Assembly: GCA_039931165.1 (NCBI GenBank)
Contig: JBDTSL010000001.1
Coordinates: 66,214 to 130,213, forward strand
DNA: 64,000 nucleotides
Direction: 5' to 3'
Source: Candidatus Doudnabacteria bacterium
GTDB lineage: Bacteria > Patescibacteriota > Doudnabacteria > UBA920 > O2-02-FULL-48-8
Positions 9,676-19,516 of this stretch are shown piece after piece. Position 1 is the first letter of the stretch, and the number at the start of each line of letters is the position of its first letter. The translations under genes were made by a program, and so were the position numbers. Below the pieces are notes generated by a model that saw only the letters and a list, made by a program, of their open reading frames with translations, was not told the DNA's origin and did no database searches.

Positions 9676-10117
9676 CGATTTTGTTTAATATTTTTATGAT
9701 CAGGTTATTCTGATTTTCCAGATGCGCCAATATGGCCTCGACTTCGGCTTCTGCTTTGGTATTGACCTGGAAATCGGCTTCCGCGCGGTACTCAGCATGG
9801 CGCGACTGTAAATTTTGGCCAATCATCAGAAGCGGCATCAGAAAGATCTGAATCATATTCGAAATAAAAAGCCACAGGACGAATGCCGGCGCAGGATCAA
9901 AACGATGTTCGAATGGCCCCATGCTATTCCAGGTCAGCCACAAAATCGTCCAAGAAAAAATAATCATGAAAAAACCCATGGTGCCGACATGGTACGTGAT
10001 CCAAACCGCAAGTTTTTCCAGGCCGGACAAACTTTCACGGTGGCGTTTATTGGCGTTGACAATCGGTCCGCCAATTTTTTTGATCGCCTCAAGAGAAGGG
10101 AGTTTTTTTGATTTCAA
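9662..10117 (-). CDS. DUF1003-family membrane protein
   Basis: VGTMGFF, FDPAP, QIFLMPLLMIGQN..SR, D..VN.KAE; TTG start uncertain. Confidence 0.8.
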   Translation of the reverse strand: MKSKKLPSLEAIKKIGGPIVNANKRHRESLSGLEKLAVWITYHVGTMGFFMIIFSWTILWLTWNSMGPFEHRFDPAPAFVLWLFISNMIQIFLMPLLMIGQNLQSRHAEYRAEADFQVNTKAEAEVEAILAHLENQNNLIIKILNKIDGEK

Positions 10118-10174
10118 AGTGGAAATTTTAAATATGTCCTAATTATACATTATATCCGATTATATGCCCAGGAC

Positions 10175-10203
10175 TTGACAAAATGGCCAAAAAGGAGTAT
10201 AAA
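10175..10203 (+). promoter_or_regulatory. Orphan sigma70 promoter followed only by a 24-codon ORF (10215-10289)
   Basis: TTGACA-17 bp-TATAAA. Confidence 0.55.
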
Positions 10204-10298
10204 TGTATATTTAAATGCCACGAAGAATCTCACCGCTGTCCATTGTAGTCCGCATCAGCGGCCGTGTCCGAAAGCCGCTGCCCGAGTGAAAATTTTCG

Positions 10299-12272
10299 CT
10301 ATTTTTTATACCTGTTCTGTGCCCACCAAAGGTACCCAGCCTTAGCCACTGGCCCAGCCACGGCGTAGCCCTCACCTCCGGCTTCCACCAGCACGGTGAT
10401 GGCGATTTGCGGGTCGTCAGACGGCGCGTAGGAGGTAAACCAGGCGTGATACCGGGTTAAATCTCTTGCGTCAAACTGGGCTGTGCCAGTTTTTGCGGAT
10501 ACCTGGATCGGCAGATCGTTCAGGGAACGGCCGGAGCCTTCTGTCACGGTCTGGCGCATCCCGTCCTGGACAACTTTTATGACTTTCGGGTCAAATATAT
10601 TTTCCGCCAAAGCTTTGGGCGAACCTTTTGCCAGGACTTTGCCGTTTTGCCCCTGTACTTCATCCAGAATGTACGGCTGCATGATTTTCCCGCCATTGGC
10701 GACCGTGGAGGTCCAACTGTTGACCTGCAAAGGTGTGACCAAAACATCGCCCTGACCGATCGATTCATGATAGGTGTCTCCCAGATACCACCTTTCGCCT
10801 TTCACCCGCAGTTTCCATTCCGGGTCCGGCACCAGTCCCGGTTTTTCACCGGGCAGGTCTATGCCCAAAGTCCGGCCCAGATTAAATTTCTTAAACCAGG
10901 CAGCAATGCGTTCAGGCCCCAGTCCGGCAAATCCTGTCTTCGTATTCCCGCCGCCCACCGTATAAAAATATATATCTGAAGATCTTGCAATCGCGGAATA
11001 AATATCCATCAGACCGAGTCCCCCGTGTTCGTAGCCGTAAAAAGTAAATGCCCCGACCCGGATCACTCCGTCATCCAGGATTTTTGTCCGGGTGTTTATC
11101 ACCCCTTCGGACAAACCGGCGGTGGCCATGACCGGCTTGATGGTGGAGCCGGGCGGATAAGTGCCGCTGACTGCGCGGTTGAGAAGCGGATTGTCGGAGC
11201 CGCTGATCAGATGAGAATATTCGTCCACAGTAATGCCGCGGGCAAACATGTTGCTGTCAAATGATGGCATGGAGATGAGTGCCAGGACCTGGCCTGTTTT
11301 GGGATCCGTAGCCACCACGGTACCTTTATTTGCGCGTGCCTTGTTCATCTGGACAACCAGACTGTCATACAGAATTTTTTGGAGATCATAATCAATGTTC
11401 AGTTTTATATTATTCCCCGGTTGGGCCGGAATTTCGGCAAGCGTCCGCTTGAACAGCCCGTTGGCGTCAATTTCCGCCTGCCTTTTGCCTGGGACGCCGC
11501 GCAAGTATTGCTCGTACTGATACTCGAGGCCGGTTTTACCGATGTAATCATTCAAAGCATAATCCGCGTCCTTATGCGAACTCAGCTCGTCAGAGGTGAT
11601 TTTCCCCGTATATCCGACCAGATGGGTAAACGCCAAGGGGTCTTTATATTCCCGGATAGCGTTATTTTGCACATTAAAGCCCTTCCATTCATCCTGTTTG
11701 GCGATCAGGACCAAAGCCTGATCTTTGGTAATATCCTGAACCAGGGTCTGGGCCTGAAAGGAATCCGGATGCATTTTACTGATATCATCCTCGAGCTCAG
11801 ACTGGTCTTTACCAACCACTGCAGCAATTTGCGTAACCTGCGCCTGAAATTCAGCGGAATCTTTGGGCAGGTCGGATGTCGTCACCACCAATTCAAAGTT
11901 CGGAACATTGCCGGCGATGACTTTGCCGTAATGATCAAGCAGCAGCCCGCGGGGCGCCAGAACATCCTGCACGCGAAGCTTGTTGCCCTCAGCCAGTGCT
12001 TTATATTCAGCTCCTTTTATCGCTTCCAGATAAAAAATCCGGCCAAATAAAATCACAAGACACACAAAGGCGATTGTGCCCAGCGTCCTGTAATTCAGTT
12101 CTTCGCGCTCGTCTTCCAAAACATCCGAGTCTTCGTTTTGCAAATCCATAAACGCCTCTTCGAACGCGAGATTTTTACCGGACTTGATTTTTCGCCCCGG
12201 AGAATTATTGACTTCGAATGGGTTGCTTACCCCGCCCGAATTTATTGAAGAATTTTCTTTAAAATTAAACAT
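10299..12272 (-). CDS. mrdA: Penicillin-binding protein 2
   Basis: TM, dimerisation domain, PGSTIK (SxxK), SSDIYF, KTGTAQ; downstream of mreBCD. Confidence 0.95.
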   Translation of the reverse strand: MFNFKENSSINSGGVSNPFEVNNSPGRKIKSGKNLAFEEAFMDLQNEDSDVLEDEREELNYRTLGTIAFVCLVILFGRIFYLEAIKGAEYKALAEGNKLRVQDVLAPRGLLLDHYGKVIAGNVPNFELVVTTSDLPKDSAEFQAQVTQIAAVVGKDQSELEDDISKMHPDSFQAQTLVQDITKDQALVLIAKQDEWKGFNVQNNAIREYKDPLAFTHLVGYTGKITSDELSSHKDADYALNDYIGKTGLEYQYEQYLRGVPGKRQAEIDANGLFKRTLAEIPAQPGNNIKLNIDYDLQKILYDSLVVQMNKARANKGTVVATDPKTGQVLALISMPSFDSNMFARGITVDEYSHLISGSDNPLLNRAVSGTYPPGSTIKPVMATAGLSEGVINTRTKILDDGVIRVGAFTFYGYEHGGLGLMDIYSAIARSSDIYFYTVGGGNTKTGFAGLGPERIAAWFKKFNLGRTLGIDLPGEKPGLVPDPEWKLRVKGERWYLGDTYHESIGQGDVLVTPLQVNSWTSTVANGGKIMQPYILDEVQGQNGKVLAKGSPKALAENIFDPKVIKVVQDGMRQTVTEGSGRSLNDLPIQVSAKTGTAQFDARDLTRYHAWFTSYAPSDDPQIAITVLVEAGGEGYAVAGPVAKAGYLWWAQNRYKK

Positions 12273-12298
12273 CGTTTATATTATCCGTTGATGGCTAT

Positions 12299-12835
12299 TT
12301 ATTCATACAAATTCAGGCGGGGCGAGTGCTTGCCGAACTTTTTTGTTAATTTTTCAGTAAATAGATAATATTTAAAAACAGGGTAGGTAAAAATTAAATT
12401 AAACATTAAAGTCAGCGGTAGGTCCACCTTAAAAACATAATTATAGTCCAAAGCAGTACTCAGGCGAAATATGCCGAACAACCGGTTCATTACCAGAAAT
12501 ATTATGAAATAAACGATCGTGGACGCGGCCACCGAAGTGAATAATATGATCTGGCTGGATTCGCGGGCTAAAACCGAATTGACAATAAAATAAAGCAACA
12601 AAAATACGCATACCATTGTCATGGTAACCAAGCCGTCAGGGGTTCCGGAGAGGAAATCCAAAAATAATCCTCCGGCAATGGTTAATCCAAGCCCCAGATT
12701 AAAACCTGCAAGTAGTGTGCTAACCACTGCCATGATCAAAACCAAATTCACAGGAGACAGGTGTAGGGGCATCAGCACGCCGGCCTGGACGACCAGTAAG
12801 ATGAATAAAGAAAGTAGCCAAATTGTCGGACGCAT
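12299..12835 (-). CDS. mreD: Rod shape-determining protein MreD
   Basis: Hydrophobic 178-aa protein with GLFLD motif, between mreC and pbp2. Confidence 0.8.
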   Translation of the reverse strand: MRPTIWLLSLFILLVVQAGVLMPLHLSPVNLVLIMAVVSTLLAGFNLGLGLTIAGGLFLDFLSGTPDGLVTMTMVCVFLLLYFIVNSVLARESSQIILFTSVAASTIVYFIIFLVMNRLFGIFRLSTALDYNYVFKVDLPLTLMFNLIFTYPVFKYYLFTEKLTKKFGKHSPRLNLYE

Positions 12836-12854
12836 ACCTTATAAACCTTCAGCG

Positions 12855-12959
12855 AGGTCTGTTGAAAAATTAGCCTTCACAGGCCGACCTTAGTCGGCCG
12901 AGAACGCAGGCTGCGAAATTTAATGAATTTCGACAGCCGATAATTTTTCAATCAGACCG
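12855..12959. repeat. Structured intergenic element (closing inverted repeat plus two inner hairpins)
   Basis: GGTCTGTTGAAAAATTA...TAATTTTTCAATCAGACC; inner GGCCGAC/GTCGGCC and GGCTGCGAAATT/AATTTCGACAGCC. Confidence 0.7.
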
Positions 12960-12965
12960 AGCGCA

Positions 12966-13766
12966 TTATTGGATCACAAACAGAAACCTGAGTCCACGGA
13001 GGTCGGCTGCCTGCGAGACAAAGGCTTTTTGGAACAATTCCGTTGTGGATGACCTGATGCCGGCCACTTCTCCGATAAATAATCCGCGAGGAAAATCATC
13101 AGAAAGCCCGGAAGTGATGACCTCATCGCCGGTTTTGATCAATTCGTTTTGCGTGACCAGGTCCAGGCTTAACCCAAGCCCGTGCTCACCGCGAACCAAT
13201 CCGCGGGCGCCTGAATCCACCACCTCGGCATTGATCACAACCGAAGGATCCGTGATCAGGGTCACCTGACTTGAGTTCGAATAAAGCTTGGTGACTTTCC
13301 CGACCAAAAGCCCCGGAGCCGCCACTATAGGCTGATAAAGGCCAATCCCTTCATTTGAGCCCTTATCAATCGTTATGACCTGAGTAAACCCGGTCGGATC
13401 GGAATTCAGGACCTCTACCGGCAAAAGCTTGAACGAAGAGGACTGCTTGAAGTTAAGCGCTTTACGGAGACCGGTATTCTCCTGCTGTGCGGATTTCAGG
13501 CGGGCATTTTCAAAAGCCAACTGATCGATTTTTTGGGATAACGCCGAATTTTCAGACGCCAAGTTCTTGATGGTGAACAATGTTTCAAAAATCCCCTTGC
13601 CGGCATTCGTAACGTTCTCAACGCGGTTTGTGATTGACCCAAAAACCCTGAAAAACCCATCCTTCAACAAACCAAGGTATCCGCGGGCATCCAGAATAAC
13701 CAATAGCGCCAGGATGACAAAGATCGTAAATATCTTGGCAAAAGTTTTGGTGTATATAAATCTCAT
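12966..13766 (-). CDS. mreC: Rod shape-determining protein MreC
   Basis: TM, coiled coil, IDKGS.EG, GLLVGKV, VITSGL..DFPRG. Confidence 0.93.
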   Translation of the reverse strand: MRFIYTKTFAKIFTIFVILALLVILDARGYLGLLKDGFFRVFGSITNRVENVTNAGKGIFETLFTIKNLASENSALSQKIDQLAFENARLKSAQQENTGLRKALNFKQSSSFKLLPVEVLNSDPTGFTQVITIDKGSNEGIGLYQPIVAAPGLLVGKVTKLYSNSSQVTLITDPSVVINAEVVDSGARGLVRGEHGLGLSLDLVTQNELIKTGDEVITSGLSDDFPRGLFIGEVAGIRSSTTELFQKAFVSQAADLRGLRFLFVIQ

Positions 13767-13781
13767 AAAAAGTACATAGAG

Positions 13782-13836
13782 AGGTAGTACGTAGTAGGTA
13801 GTTTTTTCTACCTACTACCTCCCTACGTACTACTCA
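13782..13836. repeat. Inverted heptamer array (TAGGTAG/CTACCTA-CTACGTA)
   Basis: aggtagtacgtagtaggtag-TTTTTT-ctacctactacctccctacgtactac. Confidence 0.7.
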
Positions 13837-14895
13837 CTACCTCGGTATTTGTTCAAACTCTGTCAGCACCAGAACTTCTTTCAGGCTTTCCAGATCCTCG
13901 AGCACAATTCCAGTGCCCCGCACCACCGCAGTCAAAGGATCATCGGCAACCTGGACCGGCATCTGGGTTTCGTCGGCGATCATCCGGTCTAGGCCGCGCA
14001 GCAGCGCTCCGCCGCCCGCAAGCGTGATGCCCCGCTCCATGATGTCGGCTACGAGCTCGGGCGGGGTTTCTTCCACCACCGACTTGATGTTATTCACGAT
14101 CATGCGCACGGAGCGGGACAGTGCAAGCCTGATCTGCTCATCAGACACAATCACTTCTTTCGGAAGTCCTGTGACCAGGTCGCGGCCCCGGATGTGGGTT
14201 TTCATCCGCTCTTTGATCGGAATCGCCGAGCCTATCCTGATCTTCACTTCTTCCGCAGTGCGCTCGCCGACCAGCAGATTGAATTCATCGCGGGCAAACT
14301 GGATGATATTCTCGTTCATTTCATCACCGGCCACTCGGATACTGCGGGAAACCACTATGCCTCCAAGGGAAATTACCGCTATCTCCGAAGTTCCTCCGCC
14401 GATATCCACGATGAAAGAACCTTGAGGGTCCTGCACGGGCAAGCGAGCGCCGATTGCCGCGGCCATGGGCTCTTCGATCAGAAAAGCCATCCGGGCGCCG
14501 GCATTAAGCGTGGCGTCCTGCACCGCCCGCTTTTCGACTTCCGTCACCCCTGACGGAATGCCTATCACCACCCGAGGCCGGGAGAGAAATCCCAAAGCCG
14601 CCTGGTTTACTTTATCGATAAAATACCTCAGCATCTGCTCGGTGACTTCGAAATCGGAAATAACACCGTCCACTAAAGGCCGGTGGGCCACGATATGCGC
14701 GGGGGTGCGGCCGACCATGCGCTTGGCTTCATCGCCGATAGCCAGGATCTGCTTGGTTTTTTGGTTGATCGCCACAACTGACGGCTCATTAATAGCAATA
14801 CCCTTGCCTTTAACATAAACAAGGGTATTGGCCGTGCCCAGATCAATTCCTATGTCTTTGGAGAACTTGTCGAACACAAAATCGAGGATAGCCAT
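13837..14895 (-). CDS. mreB: Actin-like rod shape-determining protein MreB
   Basis: IGIDLGTANT, EEPMAAAIG, VDIGGGTSE, GGGALL; heads mreBCD-mrdA. Confidence 0.97.
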   Translation of the reverse strand: MAILDFVFDKFSKDIGIDLGTANTLVYVKGKGIAINEPSVVAINQKTKQILAIGDEAKRMVGRTPAHIVAHRPLVDGVISDFEVTEQMLRYFIDKVNQAALGFLSRPRVVIGIPSGVTEVEKRAVQDATLNAGARMAFLIEEPMAAAIGARLPVQDPQGSFIVDIGGGTSEIAVISLGGIVVSRSIRVAGDEMNENIIQFARDEFNLLVGERTAEEVKIRIGSAIPIKERMKTHIRGRDLVTGLPKEVIVSDEQIRLALSRSVRMIVNNIKSVVEETPPELVADIMERGITLAGGGALLRGLDRMIADETQMPVQVADDPLTAVVRGTGIVLEDLESLKEVLVLTEFEQIPR

Positions 14896-15055
14896 TTGTC
14901 ATCTTCCTAAATAATTGCAGCTGGAGGGGCAGAGAGGTGGATCAAGAATTAAAGGAATCGGTACGGTTTGTTTTATTTAATTTTTTATGTTTGATTTTCT
15001 AAATTGTCGGTTAAATTTTATTTAATTGTAATGAATTTTTATTGACTGTAAATTT

Positions 15056-16513
15056 TTAATATGATTGCGCGAATAACCATCGCCGTGAGGCATTTTTTCC
15101 GCACGCAAAGCATTTTAAATCTTCTTTTTTGTTTATCAATTCTAGTTCCAAAACCCGGGGAGTGGCTTTGGTGTCGGCTTTCACCCTGGCCTCGCAGTCG
15201 GGCTGTTCGCACCAGGGTACGCGGATAAAGGCCTTTTTCTCTTCAAGAATTCTTTTAAACTCGTGGATTTCGCTGGCCTCAAATGTCAGGGCTTTTTTGT
15301 TGTCATCCGATTTCTTATAGAGATCTTTTTGGATCAAATCCAGCATATCGCTTACCGATTTGTCTATTCCTTCGGCTTTCATCTGCCCTTTTTCAAAGTT
15401 ATCCCTGCGAACGTATTGGACAGTTCCGGCTTCCAGCTCCTTACCGCCAATCTCTAATCTTAGAGGCACGCCCTTCAGCTCCCAGTCATTGATGCGGAAA
15501 CCAAGGGAAGACTTAAAATTATCGTCCAGCTCGGCTCTGATATCTTTAGTCATGAGCATGCTCATGACTTTTTGCGCAAACTTAACCACAGCTTCCTGGA
15601 CTTTGGGGTCTTTATTTGATATCGGCAATATCACTACCTGCACCGGAGCGATCTTCGGCGGCAAAACCAGGCCCGAGTCGTCGCCGTGGGTTAGGATCAA
15701 TCCGCCCACGGCCCGGGTTGAAAATCCCCAGGAAGTCTGATGCACAAACTGTTTTTCGCCTTTTTCGTCGAGATATTGCACATTGAAAACTTTTCCAAAT
15801 TTCTCGCCCAGATAATGCGACGTTGCGGCCTGCAAGGCCTTACCATCAGGCATGACAAGTTCTATGGCGTAAGTTTCCACCGCTCCGGCAAAAGTCTCAC
15901 CCCGGCTTTTCAATCCGACATACAGGGAGATGCCGTAATATTCTTCGTAGAATTTTTTATACCACCCCAGCGCTGTCAAAACCATTTTCATGGCGTCCGC
16001 GCGGTCGGCATGAGCAGTGTGCCCCTCCTGCCATAAAAATTCGGAGGTCCGAAGGAACGGGTAGGTCCGCTTTTCCCATCGAACGATATTGCACCATTGG
16101 TTCAGTTTCATGGGAAGATCGCGGTGGCTATGTATCCATTCGGCGAATTTTTGCGTGATCACGGTTTCCGAAGTCGGCCTTACAGCCAGAGGCTCGGCTA
16201 ACTTTTCCCCGCCTCCAATAGTCACCACGGCCAGTTCCGGCGAAAATCCTTCGACGTGTTCCTTTTCTTTCTGAAACAAGCTCATCGGAATAAAGATCGG
16301 GAAGTATACGTTTTGCACGCCGCCTTCCTTGAACCACGAATCCAAAACAGCCTGGGCTTTTTCCCAAATCGCATAGCCGCGGGGCCTGATGATCATGCAA
16401 CCTTTTACATCAGAGTATTCAGCGAGTTCGGCACGCAAAACAACATCATGATACCAATCAGAAATATTTTCTGATTTTTTGGTCAGCCCCTTTTTTTCAA
16501 ATGATTTGGTCAT
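15056..16513 (-). CDS. proS: Proline--tRNA ligase (archaeal/eukaryote-type)
   Basis: RPTSET, FLRTSEFLWQEGHT, QTSWGFSTR, C-terminal Cys domain ending AQSY. Confidence 0.96.
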   Translation of the reverse strand: MTKSFEKKGLTKKSENISDWYHDVVLRAELAEYSDVKGCMIIRPRGYAIWEKAQAVLDSWFKEGGVQNVYFPIFIPMSLFQKEKEHVEGFSPELAVVTIGGGEKLAEPLAVRPTSETVITQKFAEWIHSHRDLPMKLNQWCNIVRWEKRTYPFLRTSEFLWQEGHTAHADRADAMKMVLTALGWYKKFYEEYYGISLYVGLKSRGETFAGAVETYAIELVMPDGKALQAATSHYLGEKFGKVFNVQYLDEKGEKQFVHQTSWGFSTRAVGGLILTHGDDSGLVLPPKIAPVQVVILPISNKDPKVQEAVVKFAQKVMSMLMTKDIRAELDDNFKSSLGFRINDWELKGVPLRLEIGGKELEAGTVQYVRRDNFEKGQMKAEGIDKSVSDMLDLIQKDLYKKSDDNKKALTFEASEIHEFKRILEEKKAFIRVPWCEQPDCEARVKADTKATPRVLELELINKKEDLKCFACGKNASRRWLFAQSY

Positions 16514-16541
16514 GTGCCAATTATAGCAGTTCACCGCAGGC

Positions 16542-16570
16542 TTGACAAAACTGTCAAAAAAGCGTATAGT
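16542..16570 (+). promoter_or_regulatory. Orphan sigma70 promoter with downstream SD and ATG (16635) but only a 27-codon ORF
   Basis: TTGACA-17 bp-TATAGT; CAGGAGAAT twice. Confidence 0.6.
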
Positions 16571-16689
16571 TGATAGTCAGTAGCAATTCGCACTGGCCCA
16601 AAACCAACGTTACAGGAGAATAGCAGGAGAATATATGTCGAGGAAAGGTCATTTCGACGGCAGCAAGCATCTCGGGGTCTTTTTTTTGC

Positions 16690-17808
16690 CTAAAATATCC
16701 TTTCAAACAAATTTTTAAATTGCGTACTATAATGTCCTACGTCTTTTACCGTCACCAAAACCATCAGCAGGAGCAATAATACAAATCCCGCGGTGTTCGC
16801 CCACTGCTCGGCCATGATCGGCAATTTTTTTCTGCGGATTTTTTCAATTAACAAAAACAATATCCGCCCGCCGTCCAGCGCCGGGAACGGCACGGCATTG
16901 ATGATGGCCAAATTCGCTGACAGCACCGCTGTGAATTGCAGGATATAAATGAAACCGAGAGCCGTCACGTCTTTGGTCAGCACCGCGATTCCGACCGGCC
17001 CGGAAAGAGCGGCTGTGACAGGCTGACCATGCAAAAATTGTCCGATAATGCCCGCGAAAGCGGTAAGAGTAAAGGACATCAAATTATACGTGGCAACCGC
17101 GCCCTTATATGGCGCCTGATACCAAGGATAAGAAACATAAGCTACGCTTCCTAGTGCGATACCGAGCGCGCCTTCTCCCGCTGGAGGGTTAGCCCTGGGC
17201 GTGATGATCTTGTCAATTACATCTGTTCCTCTTTTTATAGTAAATGTTGTCGGCTGGCCGGCATCGGCCGAGGTTTGTGTTTGCATATCCTGGATCGAAC
17301 TCACCGGTTTGCCGTTGATCTTCAGGATCGAATCGCCTGGTTTAAGACCGGCAGCCGCGGCTGGAGTTTTATCCCCAACCTCCAGAATTCCTATGGTCTG
17401 ATTTTTTATATGCGCGGATGCGGGCAGTTGCTCTCCTTCGTCGATGACTGTCGGTAGCCCCAGGCCCATGCCGATCGAGATCAAAACCCAGGCCAAAATC
17501 ACGTTCATGGTCACCCCGGCGATCAAAACCGAAAATCTGCGCCAAAAACTTTTGTTGCCGAAACTTTCAGGGTCAATGGAATCTGTGCCGTCCTCGCCCA
17601 AAATTTTTACAAATCCGCCCAAAGGGATCCAATTTATCGAGTAAAGCGTCTCGCCTTTTTTTATCCCAAACAGGCGAGGAGGAAATCCAAAACCGAATTC
17701 TTCGACCCTCATCCCGGCCCTTTTTGCCATTATGAAATGCCCCAGCTCGTGTACGAACACCAGGAGGCCGAGAATTATTATAAAAACTAAAATTGCTAGT
17801 AAAATCAT
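16690..17808 (-). CDS. rseP: RIP metalloprotease RseP (M50, PDZ)
   Basis: HELGH, IPLGGFVK, NAVPFPALDGG. Confidence 0.95.
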   Translation of the reverse strand: MILLAILVFIIILGLLVFVHELGHFIMAKRAGMRVEEFGFGFPPRLFGIKKGETLYSINWIPLGGFVKILGEDGTDSIDPESFGNKSFWRRFSVLIAGVTMNVILAWVLISIGMGLGLPTVIDEGEQLPASAHIKNQTIGILEVGDKTPAAAAGLKPGDSILKINGKPVSSIQDMQTQTSADAGQPTTFTIKRGTDVIDKIITPRANPPAGEGALGIALGSVAYVSYPWYQAPYKGAVATYNLMSFTLTAFAGIIGQFLHGQPVTAALSGPVGIAVLTKDVTALGFIYILQFTAVLSANLAIINAVPFPALDGGRILFLLIEKIRRKKLPIMAEQWANTAGFVLLLLLMVLVTVKDVGHYSTQFKNLFERIF

Positions 17809-17829
17809 AAATAGATTATAGGTTATAAA

Positions 17830-18387
17830 CTATATTGTTAAAACTTCCTTCTCTTTAGCGTCCGCTATTTTTTTGATCTGTTCGTTATATTTATCGACGA
17901 CAGCCTGCAGTTCCTCCTTGCCTGAAATCTTATCATCCTCGGAAATCTTTCCGTCTTTTTCAAGTTTCTGGATCTCTTTCCAGATCTCTTCGCGGACATT
18001 CCGCACAGCCACGCGGGCTTTCTCGCTCATTTGGGACACGACTTTCACCAGTTCCTTTCTTCTTTCCTCGGTCATTTGAGGAATGATCAGCCGGATAAAA
18101 CTTCCGTCATTGACGGGATTGATCCCCAAATTGGATGCTTGCACGGCTTTTTCGATATCTTTCAAAGCGTTCTTGTCATAAGGCTGAATCGTGATCATGC
18201 GCGGTTCAGGCACCGCGATCTGAGCCATGTGCATCACGGGGGTGGGCACGCCGTATGATTCCACCATTAAATTTTCGACCAGTCCGGCAGAAGCGCGTCC
18301 GGTGCGGAGCGAAGACAGTTCGTTTTTCATATATTCCAAGGCTTTGGCAAAGTCCGGTTCTTTTTTACTGACTATATCTGTATCCAT
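17830..18387 (-). CDS. frr: Ribosome recycling factor
   Basis: LRTGRAS, MTEERRKELVK, AVRNVR. Confidence 0.96.
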   Translation of the reverse strand: MDTDIVSKKEPDFAKALEYMKNELSSLRTGRASAGLVENLMVESYGVPTPVMHMAQIAVPEPRMITIQPYDKNALKDIEKAVQASNLGINPVNDGSFIRLIIPQMTEERRKELVKVVSQMSEKARVAVRNVREEIWKEIQKLEKDGKISEDDKISGKEELQAVVDKYNEQIKKIADAKEKEVLTI

Positions 18388-18391
18388 ATAA

Positions 18392-19516
18392 TTATTGGCC
18401 GGATGCCGATTGAGCAGGCCCCATTCCGGCATAAATATTATTATTGCTTTGCGGGTCCACTAAAATTGACCGGATACCGGCGTTTGTCGGCAAAACTTTG
18501 GTTTCCCAGCTCACTCCGCCGTTCAAACTTTTAAAAATAGTGGATGAGACGGCGACGAACAGATTGTTTGAGTTGCTCGGATTCACTGCCACCGCGTGAA
18601 CTCTGGTCGAGGAACTCCGTACCGGCAGGCTTAAAAAAGCCCAGCTGGCGCCGTCATTTACGGTCCGGAATAGTCCTTGATCCGTGCCTAAATATAGCAC
18701 TCCTGACTGTCTTTTATCCAGAGCCAGATCATAGAACGCGCCGGCTGAGACAGATGTTCGGTTGCGACTGCCCAAATTGTCGGTGGTGAAAGAGTTAGAG
18801 ACGGAACTCCAACTCGAACCCTGGTCGGAACTTTTTTCCACACCTTTGCGGGCAGTTAAGGCATAAACCGTCCCAGACGAACTGAATTTAATTTGAATGA
18901 TCCGGTCCGCAAAATCCGTGGTTGCCTGCCAAGCGTGGCCGCCGTCGGTGGATCTGATGATTTGACCCGAATTAAGGCCGGCCAGCACCAGCGACGGGTT
19001 GGTTTGCGAAACTGCGATTGCCAAAACCGTATTGTTTTTCGACGGTTCGGTATAAATGTCAACCCAGGAAGTTCCGCCGTCCAGGCTTTTTATGATCTTG
19101 CCGTTGGTGCCGACAATCCCCGAAGCGTAGAGATTATTAGCCTGAAACGGGTCGATGGCAATGTCCGCCGCAGCGATGCCTGATAAAATATAGCGCCAGG
19201 TTTTCGCGCCGTCATCCGATTTATATATCCCGCTTGATGCTGCCAGGTATAAAACGCTTGAATTGCCGGTGTCAAAAACCAGGGCATTGGCCGTAACTGT
19301 GCTGATGTCCCCTTTCTTTGCCATGACTTCAGCCGGCCTGAATGTTTCGCCGCTGTCCTCAGATTTAAAAACTCCCTGAGCTCCGCCGCCGCCAAAATCA
19401 AAAATACCGTTTACCAGATCACAGCTGGCCGCGGTCAGAGAAAGTCCCAAGATTAGGATTAAAAATTTTTTTCCGGCGAAGCCGGACCCCGCTTCGCGGG
19501 ACATTTCCTTTTTCAT
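18392..19516 (-). CDS. Lipoprotein with BNR/Asp-box beta-propeller repeats (YCF48-like)
   Basis: LTAASC lipobox; repeated S.DGG.SW Asp-boxes. Confidence 0.85.
   Translation of the reverse strand: MKKEMSREAGSGFAGKKFLILILGLSLTAASCDLVNGIFDFGGGGAQGVFKSEDSGETFRPAEVMAKKGDISTVTANALVFDTGNSSVLYLAASSGIYKSDDGAKTWRYILSGIAAADIAIDPFQANNLYASGIVGTNGKIIKSLDGGTSWVDIYTEPSKNNTVLAIAVSQTNPSLVLAGLNSGQIIRSTDGGHAWQATTDFADRIIQIKFSSSGTVYALTARKGVEKSSDQGSSWSSVSNSFTTDNLGSRNRTSVSAGAFYDLALDKRQSGVLYLGTDQGLFRTVNDGASWAFLSLPVRSSSTRVHAVAVNPSNSNNLFVAVSSTIFKSLNGGVSWETKVLPTNAGIRSILVDPQSNNNIYAGMGPAQSASGQ
19472..19501. repeat. In-frame 30-nt twin-hairpin palindrome (encodes SREAGSGFAG)
   Basis: Coding strand TCCCGC-GAA-GCGGGG TCCGGC-TTC-GCCGGA. 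Confidence 0.75.
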
